Positions 11,151 through 23,765 are shown, numbered from the stretch's first letter. The stretch: 64,000 nucleotides of DNA from Hyaloraphidium curvatum SAG 235-1 (GCA_025558095.1 JAIVFI010000008.1:791322-855321); one strand, 5' to 3'. The notes: generated from the letters alone by a model not told the origin. Translations and numbers: made by a program.

Positions 11151-13628
11151 TCATCCTCCCGCATCGGGCAGCCCATCCGGCCCCCCGCCATCCACGGCGC
11201 CCGCTTCCCTTCCCTCCCCCGCCGCCACCCTGAGCATCACCATCATCCGTAACGCCGCCTCCTCCGGCGGCTCCTCGTCCGTGTCCTCCTCCTCGTCCGG
11301 CGCCAGCATCGACCTCGCCGGGTACTCCTCCCGCGCGTAGGTCTCGAACACCCGCACCTCGGGGTGGTACTTGACCCTCCGCCGGGGCTTGGCCGACGAC
11401 GCCTGCGAGTCGCCGTCGCTGTCGGTCCGCGCGAGCTTGCCCAGGTTCCACCGCCTCCCCGGCTCCCACCCCGCCGTCTTGGCGACCCCGCCGAACTCGG
11501 GGATCTCCAGCAGCGGGTCCCCGCCGTCCCCTTCCCCGGCGGCCGCCGGATCGTGGTCCTGCCCGCCCTGCCTCCTTACCGCGCAGATCCAGCACGCCCC
11601 CTCCCCCGCCGTCCCCCCGGCATGCGGGCACCGCGCCGCGACCGCCCGCGCGAGGGTGAGTATCTGCACGTCGGCCCTGGCCAGCCTGACCTCGTCCCCC
11701 TCGAGGATGCTCCGGAGCACCACCTTGGCGTCCTGGAACGGCGGCAGGTCCGACGCCCCCAGCAGCTCGAGGCACGCGCGCACGTCGGCGGCCATGGCCT
11801 CGTACACGGCCACGGCGCGGGCCTGCGCGTTGGGCGCGGCGCGCGCGGCGATGTGGCGGAAGCGCTTGAGCACGAGGAGGTGCAACCAGCTGGCGGAGAT
11901 GGCGGCGCGGCACGCGATCCCGGTGAAGTAGAACAGCCCCAGCCTTTGCGGGCCGAGATCCGAGACGAGCGACCGCGCCTGCCGCGATATGACCATGGCG
12001 TGCCGCGACGCCTCGCCGAACGAGGCGGAGGAGAACCACACGGTGCGGAGCATGTCGGATTCGTCCTCGGGAGGGGGAGGGGGTTCCGCGGGCTCGGGCG
12101 AGGCGTGCGCGGCGGCGCGGGCGGCGGAGCGGCCCCAGCCGTCGAGGTCCTCGAAGAGCTCGGGGGAGCAGAGCGACATGCTCATTTGGCGGGAAAGGAT
12201 GAGCAAACTGTGGGAAGGAAGGTGAGGAAGGTGAACGATCCAGGTCAGCACGACACGCGAACGGAACACCCCAAGGCCAACCCACCCCAAAACGGCCATG
12301 CGCTGCGGCACGTCCCAGTCTGGCAGGGTTCCCGCCAGATCGGCGATGTGCCCCGTCTCCCCCGCCGTCGCCACGCCCGCCGGCAGCGCCCTCCTCAGGC
12401 ACCTCACCGCCTCGTACAGGTGGTCCCGCCTCCGGATGGCCTCGGGCAGGAACGGGTTCCGCGAGAGGCGCTCCAGATACGCCGCGTCCATCCCCGCCAG
12501 GCCCGAGCCGGGCTGCCGCACCGCGCGCGACAGGCTGCCGGCCTTTTCCGCGACCTCCTTTGCCAGCAGCACGTCCAAGACAGAGAGCTCCGCCCCGGCG
12601 AGCCAACGGCGAAACTCGATGATCCGCGTGGCGGCGTACAGCGTCATCTGGTGCAGGTAGCTGTGTCCTATCGAGGCGATCGCCGAGACGTGCGTGGCGA
12701 GCATCCGGTCCCGCGCGCGGTTATCTGACGGGATAGGGAGCAGTGGGTCGATCCAGCCAAGGTAGTCCCGCGCGGGTGGGCCGTAGTATTCCGGGCGGAG
12801 CAGAAAGGCGGGGATCGGGCCGTTGGGCGGGCGGTCGGTGGGTGCAGGGACGGAGGCGACGAGGGCGGCGGGGAGGTTGGCCGGCACGCCCGGGTGGTCC
12901 CGCGGCGGGTTGTGCAGCGTGGGCATGTCCAGGGCCATCGAGACGGTGCAGTCCTGGGCAAAGGCTAGCCAGTAAACGCCGATCCAGGCGGCGGTCAGCA
13001 GAAGGTCGTCCAGGCCCCAGTATCCGCGCCGGATATCGTGTGGCCGGCGGTGGCGCGGCACCCCCGTGGCGCCCAAGATGTCGTACATGTGCCGCAGCAT
13101 GGCGCGGCCGCCCCGGTTGCGGTCCATACTGTGGTCGGCGACGCCCGCGACGACCGAAAGGGCAAACAGCAGTGCGAGGTTGGCCATCGAGTGCAGGCCC
13201 TCTCCGGGGCGCTTCTCCTGTGTCCGAGACGACTCCCCGGCGGCGTGTGCCGCCTCCGCGTCCGCCCAGAAGCGTGCAAGCTCGGCGGTCAGCAGCCTGC
13301 GTGCCCGGTTCTCCAGCCGCGGCACGGCGTCCGCCAGCGGCATGCCCTTGGCGTCCCCGTCCCCCGGCGGGAGTGGCGCACACGCGGCGGCGCCCGTGGC
13401 CAGCAGCTTCGCCGCCCCCGCCCAGTCCAGCGCCGCGCAGAGCACCGGCGCCCCGAGGAACTGCCGCCAGCGCGGGTCCGCCGCCGCGACACCGAACCGC
13501 GCCGCGCGGTACGTCGCCGCCGACATGTTGAGTGTGCCCCGCGGGAGCCCCGAAAGCACGACGTCCGCAAAGGCGCGCGATGTGGCATCGGGCGGTTCCC
13601 ACTCTGCGGCGGGGGCCGCCATCGGCAT
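11151..13628 (-). CDS. Fungal TF middle-homology-region-like protein with C-terminal CPH..CxxC and PP1-docking-like motif (copy B)
   Basis: YWLAFAQDCTVSMALDMP resembles the MHR core; 78-nt in-frame intron 12208-12285; C-terminal CPHAGGTAGEGACWIC and RRVKYHPEVRVFETYAREEY. Confidence 0.65.
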   Translation of the reverse strand: MPMAAPAAEWEPPDATSRAFADVVLSGLPRGTLNMSAATYRAARFGVAAADPRWRQFLGAPVLCAALDWAGAAKLLATGAAACAPLPPGDGDAKGMPLADAVPRLENRARRLLTAELARFWADAEAAHAAGESSRTQEKRPGEGLHSMANLALLFALSVVAGVADHSMDRNRGGRAMLRHMYDILGATGVPRHRRPHDIRRGYWGLDDLLLTAAWIGVYWLAFAQDCTVSMALDMPTLHNPPRDHPGVPANLPAALVASVPAPTDRPPNGPIPAFLLRPEYYGPPARDYLGWIDPLLPIPSDNRARDRMLATHVSAIASIGHSYLHQMTLYAATRIIEFRRWLAGAELSVLDVLLAKEVAEKAGSLSRAVRQPGSGLAGMDAAYLERLSRNPFLPEAIRRRDHLYEAVRCLRRALPAGVATAGETGHIADLAGTLPDWDVPQRMAVLGWVGLGVFRSRVVLTWIVHLPHLPSHSLLILSRQMSMSLCSPELFEDLDGWGRSAARAAAHASPEPAEPPPPPEDESDMLRTVWFSSASFGEASRHAMVISRQARSLVSDLGPQRLGLFYFTGIACRAAISASWLHLLVLKRFRHIAARAAPNAQARAVAVYEAMAADVRACLELLGASDLPPFQDAKVVLRSILEGDEVRLARADVQILTLARAVAARCPHAGGTAGEGACWICAVRRQGGQDHDPAAAGEGDGGDPLLEIPEFGGVAKTAGWEPGRRWNLGKLARTDSDGDSQASSAKPRRRVKYHPEVRVFETYAREEYPARSMLAPDEEEDTDEEPPEEAALRMMVMLRVAAGEGREAGAVDGGGPDGLPDAGG

Positions 13629-14893
13629 CGTCGCAGGGGATCGGGACGCAGCGGGGGGCCAAGGCCGCCCTTATCGCCGGGGCCGAGACCGGCGTCCCGA
13701 CACCGCCCACGTACAAAAGAGGCTCAACTTTGGCATCGCCCGGGAGGCATATCGGAAGTCCCGCACTATTTTCTGTGCGGGGCTCCTCGTGATCGCGCAC
13801 GTGCGCGCGGCTGATGCATGCTCGGCCACCAAGTTGAGGACGACGGCATCCCGTTCGGCTCCTGAGCATGCCGGCCCAGCCGCGGGTGCGCCGCGCAATC
13901 AATCCGCATCACGTCCTGGCCCAGGAACCCGTCCGGCTGCGTCGCCGGTGGCAAAAGACCCAGAATCACGGTGCTGCCATACGGCGGTGCCGCGCGGTCC
14001 CCGCCAACACCGGCGACTCGGGGCAGATCAGAGCACCTGGCTTCAGCGCTTGGTCCTAGGCCGTCCACTTCCGCGTGTCCGTTCATCCCCGAAGTCCCGA
14101 TCCGCGGTCCTGCAGCCTTGCATGTCGCCGTCTTCTCGATGTCATGGACGGCACCGCATTCGCGCGGCGCCAGCCGGGACCCGTCGACGGCGACTCGCAC
14201 CTCCTCGCAGTTTCCCGGTCCCGAGGCACGCCCGACCCGCCGGGTCTCCACCCCGCGTTGCCGGACCCATTTGCCCGCCGCGTCGCCGCCGTCCGAGGCT
14301 TTGGGTGGGCACCGCCGAAAGGCGGCGCTTGTCCAGGCCGGTGGCGGCGACCCGTTCGCGGGGTGGCTTTCGTCTTACTTCGGCCGGCGCCAGGAAGAGG
14401 GAGCCCGCGGCGTCGCTGACTCCAAAGAAAGTTGGCGCCACCATCGGCGGCGCCGGAACTGCCCAGGGAGCGGCGCCGCGGGCCCCTGTGCCCTGCTTTG
14501 GGCAAAGGGTTGGGGACAGCTCATCGGAGTCCCGGTGCGCGCTGCAACCAACATCGCTTCCGCCCGCAGTGTTCTCTCCCGACCGACGAAAAACCAGTGA
14601 CAATGGTCGAACGAGGGAGGTAGGCGCCCGCACGGCCGAGGGCCGAGATCCGATGCTGGTCGATCGGGCCGGGCCGGGGCAGAGGGCGTCTCGCGGCCCA
14701 TAATGAACTCCGAGCGAAACCATCCGCGGCCGACCGTTCTCCGTCGAATCGCAACCGATGCATCGTATCGACCGACGTGCCGCGGGGCCGATCGTCGAAC
14801 TCGAACTCGCCCCGGTCGCGGCGCGCCGGGTGGTACACCTGCCCCTTCACTCATCTTCCTCCTGCCGTCTCCCTCCCTTCCCCCCACTAACCG

Positions 14894-15667
14894 ATGGGCC
14901 GCCTCGATGGCAAGCTCGCCGTGGTCACCGGCTCCGCGTCCCCCTCCTCCCTCGGCCTGGCCGTCGCCGCGGCGTTCCTCCGCGAGGGCGCGCGCGTCAT
15001 CGTCGCGGACCTCCACCCCGGCGCCTCCGCGTCCCTCGGCCCGAATGCGGAGTTCGTGAAATGCGACGTGACCTGCGACGCGGATTTGGAGGCGCTGTTT
15101 GCGCGGGCGGACGGCATCGGGGGCGCGGACGTGCTGGTCTGCTGCGCAGCCGCGTTCGTGCTCAAGGGCGCCGACGCGTCGCGGGACGAGTGGGACGCGT
15201 CGTTCCGCGTCAACGTGGCCGGCAGCGCGCGCGCCGCGCACCGCTTCTCCCTCTCGTACGCGGCCTCGGGGAAGGGCGCGCTCGTTCCCCGGGGGAAGGG
15301 CGGCGCGGTGCTGCTGTTCGCGAGCATCTCGGGGCACATTGCCCAGCGCGGGTTCGCGTGCTACGCGTCCACAAAGGGCGCGGTGCTGCAGCTGGCCCGC
15401 AGCCTCGCGCTGGACCTCGCCCCCCTGAACATCAGGTGCAACTCGGTGAGCCCGGGGACCATCTTCTCCGCGGCCTCCGAAAGGCACATGGCCGCGCATT
15501 CGCTGACGGAGGGGGAGTTCAGGGCCGAGGAGGGGGGCAAGTGCCCGCTGGGGAGGGTCGGCGAGCCGGACGAGGTGGCCGAGGCCGCGGTGTTCCTGTG
15601 CTCCGAGGGGGCGAGCTACATCACCGGCGCGGATCTGAGGGTCGATGGGGGCATAACGATCGTGTGA
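14894..15667 (+). CDS. Short-chain dehydrogenase/reductase (classical SDR)
   Basis: VVTGSASPSSLG, CDVT, YASTK, IRCNSVSPG, SYITGADLRVDGG; intronless. Confidence 0.9.
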   Translation: MGRLDGKLAVVTGSASPSSLGLAVAAAFLREGARVIVADLHPGASASLGPNAEFVKCDVTCDADLEALFARADGIGGADVLVCCAAAFVLKGADASRDEWDASFRVNVAGSARAAHRFSLSYAASGKGALVPRGKGGAVLLFASISGHIAQRGFACYASTKGAVLQLARSLALDLAPLNIRCNSVSPGTIFSAASERHMAAHSLTEGEFRAEEGGKCPLGRVGEPDEVAEAAVFLCSEGASYITGADLRVDGGITIV

Positions 15668-17108
15668 TTCGATGGGGACGAAGAGAAACACCGCACGCGC
15701 GGTGGGAGCGGAACCGGCCGCCCGGCTGCAACCGATGTGGCGGACCCCGACGTCCCACCCCGTTCCCCGCCCTCCTGCCCGGTCCCCGCCCGCGGGCCGT
15801 CCCATCCGCCCGAACTCCCGCGTCTCCCGTCCCCGTCCCCCTGTCCCCCACCCGCCGTCTCCCGTCAGGCACCCCGACCCGGCCAACCCAATCGGAGTCG
15901 CCCCGCCCGCGCACCCTCCCACGCATCCCGCCCTCCCGCCGGGCGGCAGGCGGATGCGGCGGATGGAGGGGAAAGATTATCGCCCGCGCCGGACGCGGGC
16001 GGTGCTGCCGATCCCCGCGCGCGCGGGGGAGGCGGGGGTGGGGATGCCGCCCGCCTCCGCACCGGCGCGGCCGCGCCGGCGAGCCCATGTTCCCGCCGGT
16101 GCGGCCGCAGAAGAACATCGCTGCGGACATGACCGTGCCCGGCAAGCCCGCCGGAGGGAGGGGAGCGGGTTCGGCCGGCTTGACTCACCGAATGTGGGGT
16201 ACGGTGGCCGAATGGGATGCGCGGGCGGGGTCGCCGGCGCGCGGGGCGTGCATCCCGCCGCCCGCGGGCGCGGGGACGATCGGATGGCGGTGTGGCTATT
16301 CGGATGCGGGGAGGGCGTGCGGGGAGGGCGCGGTGGGGGGCGGGCAACGGGTGGTCGGGGGTTACGTGTCGGGGCTGGACCGGACGGACCCGCGTACCGC
16401 GGCGGCATTGTTGTGGGAGGCATCGCGCCCGCAGCGGAGCGGATCGATCTGTTGGCAAAGCAAACGATCCGAGTTCCATCCAGGCCGATCGGTGCGGGCG
16501 GGCGGGGTAAAAGCTGGCTCCGCAACGCCACACGGGAACCGATCCTGGCCCCGAGGACCCGAATCACACGAGGCACAAACACACCGAACGGCGGCAGCGG
16601 GACAGCGGGTGCCCACCGGCGGTGTTCGGAGGCAAGGTGCGTGCCGATTCCTTGCCAACGTGGGGAGAAGAGAGAGGCGGGGACGGGGGTTGCGGGCTTC
16701 CGTGCGGCAGAGGCACCCGCCACAGGGGGCGCGGGAGAGGCCGTCCCCCCGCCTGGGCGGCCCGGGGCAAAGGCGGGGATCATTTCTCCGCCACCCGCGG
16801 CGCGCCCGGCGGCCCTTCAGCGCGCTTCCCGGCTTTTCCAGGGCCCGAAGATCGTGGGACCGGTGTGCACCAGCCCGGGAAGCCTAACAGCTGCGCGGCC
16901 CAGGCCCCTCGCCAAACCAGCGGACGTCTCAAGTCGGACGGACGCCGGCGCGCCCTTACCGCCGAGCCTCAAGTCGGGCCGGCGCGTATCAAGCCAGGCC
17001 GCCGCCGCAGCAGCGCGGACCGGGATCAAGTCGTCCCGCGCCGTCGCCCGCCGACCGACGTCGACCCCGCAGCAGAACCCCAGCGAGAACCCCAGCCACC
17101 CGACAGAC

Positions 17109-18829
17109 ATGTCCGCGGCCGTGCAGTCGGCAGTCGACTTTGGCGGAGGTGCGTAGCTGTGGCCAGCGGGGCCGAGGGCGGCGGGGCAGCGGGCGGCGGG
17201 CAGCGGGGCCCCACTTTTGCGGCCCCCTTCGCGGGGCCGCCCCGCGCGGATGCGGGCCCCCGCGCCCGCGCCGCTCACCGCGGGGCTCTCAGCGGGCCTA
17301 TCTCTGCCGCCCGGCATCGCGGGACGGCGGGGCGGGCCGCGGGGCTGCGGGGCTCGCACGGCCGCGCCTCGGCGGGCATACCCCCACCCCCCGCGCCACA
17401 CGCCGCACCCGATAAACCAACCGCATGCTGACCGCCGCTCCCCGCCCCCGCCCCCTCGGCCCCCGCCCGCTCCGCCCGCCGCCCGGCGTGTATCCCACGG
17501 CGCCTCCCGCCCCCTCCCCCACGCCCCACAGACCGCCGCTTCTCCGTCTCGGCCTTCCTGCACGCCCAGCCCTCGTTCGAGGCGCTGCTCGACCCCGGCC
17601 ACATCCTCGACTCGCTGCACGCATTCGTCGGCGAGCACCAGCGCGGCCCGTCGGCCCACGGGCCCGCCGAGGGCCGCGCGGCCTACGCCACCGCGGCCGA
17701 GGAGCTCGACGCAATGTTCGACAGCATGTTCTCCGGCCCCGGGTCCCCGGGCGCCGGCGCGGGGACGGGCAGCGTGACGAGCGACTTTGAGAGCGAGTTT
17801 GCCGACCTGGACTCGCTCATGTCGGGGCAGGACAGCATGTCCATCGCGACGGGGGAGGCGCTCGACTTTCTCGTCGCCGCGGACCCCATGATCAAGGAGG
17901 AGCCCAGGATCATCAAGGTGCGTGGATGCGGGGTTTGCGCTGCCGATCGGGTGATGGGGGCACGGGGTGCGCGCATGAGTCATCGGGGGTCGGTCCCACA
18001 CGGCCATCGGCCCGGACCGCCACCCGATGCGCGCAAACGCACCCGCATGCATCCCCATGCACCGCGCATGCATTTTCCTGCGCCGGGATGGACCGGACGC
18101 TGACGCCTCCCCCTCCCCCGCAGGCCGCCACCGCGCCCCTCTTCCCGCCCCTGGCCGCATCCAGCTTCGGCTCCATGGTGATCCCCTCCAACGACGCGGC
18201 CCCCGCCGCGGACGCCGGCCTGTTTGCCGCCGCCGCGCCCGCCGTTCCCGCGCCCAAGCCCGCGGGGAAGAAGCCCGCGCAGGCCCGCCGCCCGCGCTCG
18301 TCGTCGACCCCGCTGCAGTACGTCGCCCCCAGCGTCGTCGCCCCCAAGTCGGTGCACGCGCGCGGCTCGTCGACCTCCCTGGCGGACCGCGCCCGCCCCG
18401 TTCCCGGCTCCCCCGCCGCCGTGCAGATCGTGCAGGCCGACCCCGCGGGCCCGCTCGACTACCTCGACGCCATGCTGCGCACCCGCCTCGGCCCCGACCC
18501 CGCGCTGCTCGAGGACGCCTCCCTGGACGCGATGGAGGACGCCATGTACGAGGAGGAGGGCGAGGAGGGGGACAAGAAGGGCAAGAAGAGGCGGTGGGTT
18601 CCCCCGTCCGCGCTTGCTGCCCGTCGGCTGACCTTGCGGGGCGTGCAGCCGCCGGACCACGGCCGAGCTCAGCACGTCGGAGCTCGAGACGCGCCGGCTC
18701 AAGAACTCCGAGGCCGCGCGGCGGTGCCGGCTGCGCAAGACGCTCCGCGTAAAGTGGCTCGAGGCGCGCGTGCGCGAGCTGGAGGAGGTCAACGCGGTGC
18801 TGGTGGGCAAGCTCAAGGGGTCCGCGTGA
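17109..18829 (+). CDS. bZIP transcription factor (GCN4/CPC1/AP-1-like basic region)
   Basis: Introns 17149-17531, 17918-18123 and 18594-18648; last exon RRLKNSEAARRCRLRKTLRVKWLEARVRELEEVNAVLVGKL*. Confidence 0.8.
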
Positions 18830-19665
18830 TGGAGGGAGGGAGGGAGGACGGGGCCGAGTCGGGCGTGCGCCGCGGCCGCGCGCAAGTTCGCGCGGCGGGG
18901 ATAGAGGCGCCGTGTATCCATTTGCCATTTGGGAAGCCGGGATTCGCAGCAACTCCGAGGTGGTCATTTTGGGCTTTGGCACATCGCCACGTCGGCCATC
19001 ACGGCTCCCCGACCCCCGCTGCCCCGGCCGCGTCCGTGGACGAGTAGCCGCGTCCAGCTTTCCTTTCCCCCTGCGCTCCCGCGCGGGACGGAGGGTGCCG
19101 CACCGGCCGACCGTCCGCTTTGCCGCCTTTTGACCGCAACGGCAAGGTGCGGCGCAACCGCCACCACGGACGCGGCCTGCGCCGGAATCGGGCCCGGTCC
19201 TCGCACGGCGGCATTTCTCGAAATGAGGGGACCGGCGGGTGCGGCGGCGCGGCGCGGGCCCCGCCGGGCTTCTCGGCGACGGTATCCTTTATCGGGGACG
19301 GCGGCCCCGCGGGGAAACCCCGCGGACCGCGCGGGACGGCGCAAGGCACCCTCCCGCCGCATTTCCCGCGCGATGTCGTCCGCGCGCGGCGTCGGGGGAG
19401 CGGACGGGGATGGATGCGGCGGCGGACGGGTGGGCCGACGGGGCGTGCCGCGTCGGCCGCCGCCGCCCCGCCGCCGTGCATCCGATCGCCCTCCCCGCCG
19501 GCGCCGGCGATCGCATGGGACCGCTCATGCGCGCCCGATCGGCGCCCTCCCCGCGGCTGCGCGATCGGCGGGGGGTGGCCAAGCAGGCGTCGCCGGATGA
19601 CGGAGCAGGGGGGCTGGATCGGCGACCCGATACCGCCCTCCCGCGTCCTGCCGACATCCCGGCCG

Positions 19666-22129
19666 ATGGCGGGCAGCGGCGGCGCGGCGGACGAGCTCGA
19701 GCCGTCGCAGGCGGCGTCGCGGGCCTTTGCCGACGCGGTGCTGAGCGGCCTGCCGCACGGGACGCTCGCGGTGTCGGCCGCGACGCACGACGCCGTGCGG
19801 TTCGGCGGGGCCGCGGCGGACCCGCGCTGGAGGGAGTTCCTGACGGCGCCGGTGCTGGGCGCCGCGCTGGACTGGGTCGGCGCCGCCAAGCTGCTGGCGA
19901 CGGGCGGCGGGGCGCGGGGCACCGGCACCGGCACCGTCGAGCCGGGCGGGCTGCCGCTGGCCGAGGCCGTGCCGCGGCTGGAGAACCGCGCGAGGCGGCT
20001 GCTGACCGCCGACCTGGGCCGCTTCTGGGTGGAGATGGCCGCCCGCGGGACGCTGCCGGGCGGGGCGCTCCAGGGGGACGGCGAGAAACCGGGCGCTTCG
20101 GGCGTGTTTTCCATGGCCAACCTGGCCCTCCTGTGGGCCCTGGCCGTCGTCATCGCCGTCGCGGACCACAGCATGGACCGCGGCCGCGGGAGCCGCGCCA
20201 TGCTCGGGCACATGTACGCCATCCTGGCCGCCACTGGCCTGCCGCGGCACCCGGACCCCGCCGCGATCCCGCCGGGCTGGGGGCTGGACGACCTCTTCCT
20301 CACCGCCGCCTGGATCGGCACCTACTGGACCGCCGTCATCCAGGACTGCACCAACTCGGTCGCCCTGAACCTCCCCCCCCTGCACAACCCGCCGCAGGAC
20401 CACCCCGACGTGCCCGTCAACCTCCCCGCGGTGCTCATCGCCTCCCTCCCCGCACCCACCGAACGCCCGCCCAACGGACCGATACCCGCCCCCTTCCTCC
20501 GCCCGGAACTCTACGGCTCCGCCTCCAGGGATTACCTCGGCTGGCTGGACCCGATGCTCTCCCCGCCCGTGGACTGGCGCGCGCGCGACCGGCTCCTGGC
20601 CACGCACGTGTCGGCCATCGCCGAAATCGGGCACACGTACCTGCTGCACATGACGCTGTACGCCGCCACGCGGATCGAGGAGTTCAGGCGGTGGCTCGCG
20701 GGGGCGGAGCTCTCGGTCTTGGACGTGCTGCTGGCAAAGGAGGTCGCGGAAAAGGCGGGCAGCCTGTCGCGCGCGGTGCGTCAGCCCGGTGCGGGGCTCG
20801 CGGGCGTCGATGCGGCGTACCTGGAGCGCCTGTCGCGGAACCCGTTCCTGCCCGAGGCCATCCGGAGGCGGGACCACCTGTACGAGGCGGTGAGGTGCCT
20901 CAGGAGGGCGCTGCCGGCGGGCGTGGCGACGGCGGGGGAGACGGGGCACATCGCCGATCTGGCGGGGGCCCTGCCGGACTGGGACGTGCCCCAGCGCATG
21001 GCTGTTTTGGGGTGGGTCGCCCTAGGGATGTTCCGATCGCTGTCGTGCTGACCCCAGTGCGCCCCTCCCAAGCCTGCTCATCCTTTCCCGCCAGATGAGC
21101 ATGTCGCTCTGCTCCCCCGAGCTCTTCGAGGACCTCGACGGCTGGGGCCGCTCCGCCGCCCGCGCCGCCGCGCACGCCTCGCCCGAGCCCGCGGAACCCA
21201 CTCCCCCTCCCGAGGACGAATCCGACATGCTCCGCACCGTGTGGTTCTCCTCCGCCTCGTTCGGCGAGGCGTCGCGGCACGCCATGGTCATATCGCGGCA
21301 GGCGCGGTCGCTCGTCTCGGATCTCGGCCCGCAAAGGCTGGGGCTGTTCTACTTCACCGGGATCGCGTGCCGCGCCGCCATCTCCGCCAGCTGGTTGCAC
21401 CTCCTCGTGCTCAAGCGCTTCCGCCACATCGCCGCGCGCGCCGCGCCCAACGCGCAGGCCCGCGCCGTGGCCGTGTACGAGGCCATGGCCGCCGACGTGC
21501 GCGCGTGCCTCGAGCTGCTGGGGGCGTCGGACCTGCCGCCGTTCCAGGACGCCAAGGTGGTGCTCCGGAGCATCCTCGAGGGGGACGAGGTCAGGCTGGC
21601 CAGGGCCGACGTGCAGATACTCACCCTCGCGCGGGCGGTCGCGGCGCGGTGCCCGCATGCCGGGGGGACGGCGGGGGAGGGGGCGTGCTGGATCTGCGCG
21701 GTAAGGAGGCAGGGCGGGCAGGACCACGATCCGGCGGCCGCCGGGGAAGGGGACGGCGGGGACCCGCTGCTGGAGATCCCCGAGTTCGGCGGGGTCGCCA
21801 AGACGGCGGGGTGGGAGCCGGGGAGGCGGTGGAACCTGGGCAAGCTCGCGCGGACCGACAGCGACGGCGACTCGCAGGCGTCGTCGGCCAAGCCCCGGCG
21901 GAGGGTCAAGTACCACCCCGAGGTGCGGGTGTTCGAGACCTACGCGCGGGAGGAGTACCCGGCGAGGTCGATGCTGGCGCCGGACGAGGAGGAGGACACG
22001 GACGAGGAGCCGCCGGAGGAGGCGGCGCTGAGGATGATGGTGATGCTGAGGGTGGCGGCGGGGGAGGGAAGGGAAGCGGGCGCCGCGGATGGCGGGGGGC
22101 CGGATGGGGCGGCAGATAAGGGTGGTTGA
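19666..22129 (+). CDS. Inverted paralog (B') of 11151-13628
   Basis: Collinear protein; intron 21012-21072 at the same position; last exon nearly identical to that of copy B. Confidence 0.7.
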
Positions 22130-22299
22130 GCCCAGGTTGCCTGCTGGTGTATGGCGGTCATATCACGCTCGCGGCCATCAAAACCCTGCTCCCAATTCAG
22201 CTCGATATCGGAAGCTCGGCGTCACGCCCTGGCCGGCCGTGAGTGATGTTTGGTCGTGCAGGGGGGTGAATGATGGGACGACCGGTGGAAGAGGGACGC

Positions 22300-22790
22300 G
22301 CCTGTGGGGTGGGCGCGAGGCGTGGGACGGGGGATGCCGACGGCCCGTTCCCTCCCACCGTACATGCGGTCCGGCCACACGCTTCTTCTCCCCCTCAATC
22401 CCAATCACACGGCCGCCATCCCCCCGTCGACCCTCAATTCCACCCCAGTGACGTAGCTCGCGCCTTCGGAGCTGAGGAAGACCGCGGCGAGCCGAACCCG
22501 TCCGGCTCACCGCCTCTCCTTAGGGGGCACTTGCACCCCTCCACCGTCCGGAACCCGTTCTCCGAGAGCGAGTGCGCGGCCATGTGCCGCGTCAGGCCGC
22601 GGAGAAGATGGTGCCGGGGCTGACCGAGTTGCAGCGGATGTTGAGGGGAGCGAGGTCCACCGCGAGGCTGCGGGCCAGCTGCAGCACGGCGCCCTTTGTC
22701 GATGCGTAGCACCCAAAGTCTTTCTGGGAGATGTGCCCCGAGGTGCTGGCGAAGAGGAGCACCGCGCCTCCTTCGCCGCGCGGGACGAGG
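22300..22790 (-). pseudogene. Frameshifted 3' fragment (plus 3' flank) of the SDR at 14894-15667
   Basis: LVPRGEGGAVLLFASTSGHISQKDFGCYASTKGAVLQLARSLA..IRCNSVSPGTIFSAA followed by a stop and frameshifts; the flank resembles 15667-15780. Confidence 0.85.
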
Positions 22791-22846
22791 CGGCCGGGAC
22801 CTTCCGATCCAACGAACAAGAAAGCTTCGGCTCCGGGGAGCCTTCT

Positions 22847-23369
22847 TCAGCTGCAGGCGTATACCGTGGAGCCTGCCTTCGGCCATGGGAGGCACGTGTC
22901 GGAGCAGCCGCAGAAGGTCCCGGTTAAGGAGAGGTAGACCGGGCCTCCGAGCCAGCAGTAGTCCAGGCACTCCTGCAGGGACGCGACGCCCGACTTCATC
23001 ACCTCCCAGGGGCTCTGGCACTCGCCGGTGAAGATCGCGGTGCACTGGTCGGCAACGTAGCGGCGGAACAGGTCGTGCGGGTCCGCCCCGTCCGCGGCGA
23101 CGCAGGAGATGGCGTCGGGGGGCGCGCCGGGGTAGCCGAACTCGCTGCGGGGGCGGCGGCGTCAGCGGGGCCGGGAGCCGGGCCGGGGCAGCGGCGCGGG
23201 CAGACCAGTTTTCGGTTGGGGCGCATTCGTTGCAGGAGCGCTTGAACACCCTCGCCGGCTCGAGCGGCGGGGGGTCGCCGGCGCGGGCGGCGATGGGCGA
23301 AGCGCCGGCGCGGGCGGCAGAGAGGACGGCCAGAAACAGGCAGAGGAGGTGCGGGACGAGCCGCGCCAT
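22847..23369 (-). CDS. Small secreted Cys-rich protein with WSC-like domain
   Basis: Signal peptide, KR dibasic site, intron 23145-23205; exon 2 reads SLQECLDYC..YLSLTGTFCGCSDTC..STVYACS*; 153 aa after splicing. Confidence 0.7.
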
Positions 23370-23765
23370 CGCGTTGTAGGGCGGCGTGGTTGTGGAAAAG
23401 GTGGTTCCCTCCACCGGCCGTGAGTCAATCATTTCAATGTCTTTGACGGATCTTCTAATGCACGTGAACGTCTACAGTACATTAGGCCGCCTTCGGCGGC
23501 CGTCGGAAATTTGTATCCTTTCTCCCTAAAGGCTGTATAGATGGCCGCGTTGCCCTTCATGCAGGCCACCGAAAGGCGTTGGCGGGGGCGGCACGTAAAG
23601 AGTGCGCGCAGGCCATCGATGTCGTCCTCGTTGGCTTACTTGACCGCTGAGGCGTTCCTGCGGCGGATCAAGGGGCCGCCGGTGGGGCTGTTGGAAGACT
23701 TTCGTGCCATTCTCGCCGCGACTAGGGATTCGTGCGTGCTCATCATAGAAGCCTTCTTGCCGCCC

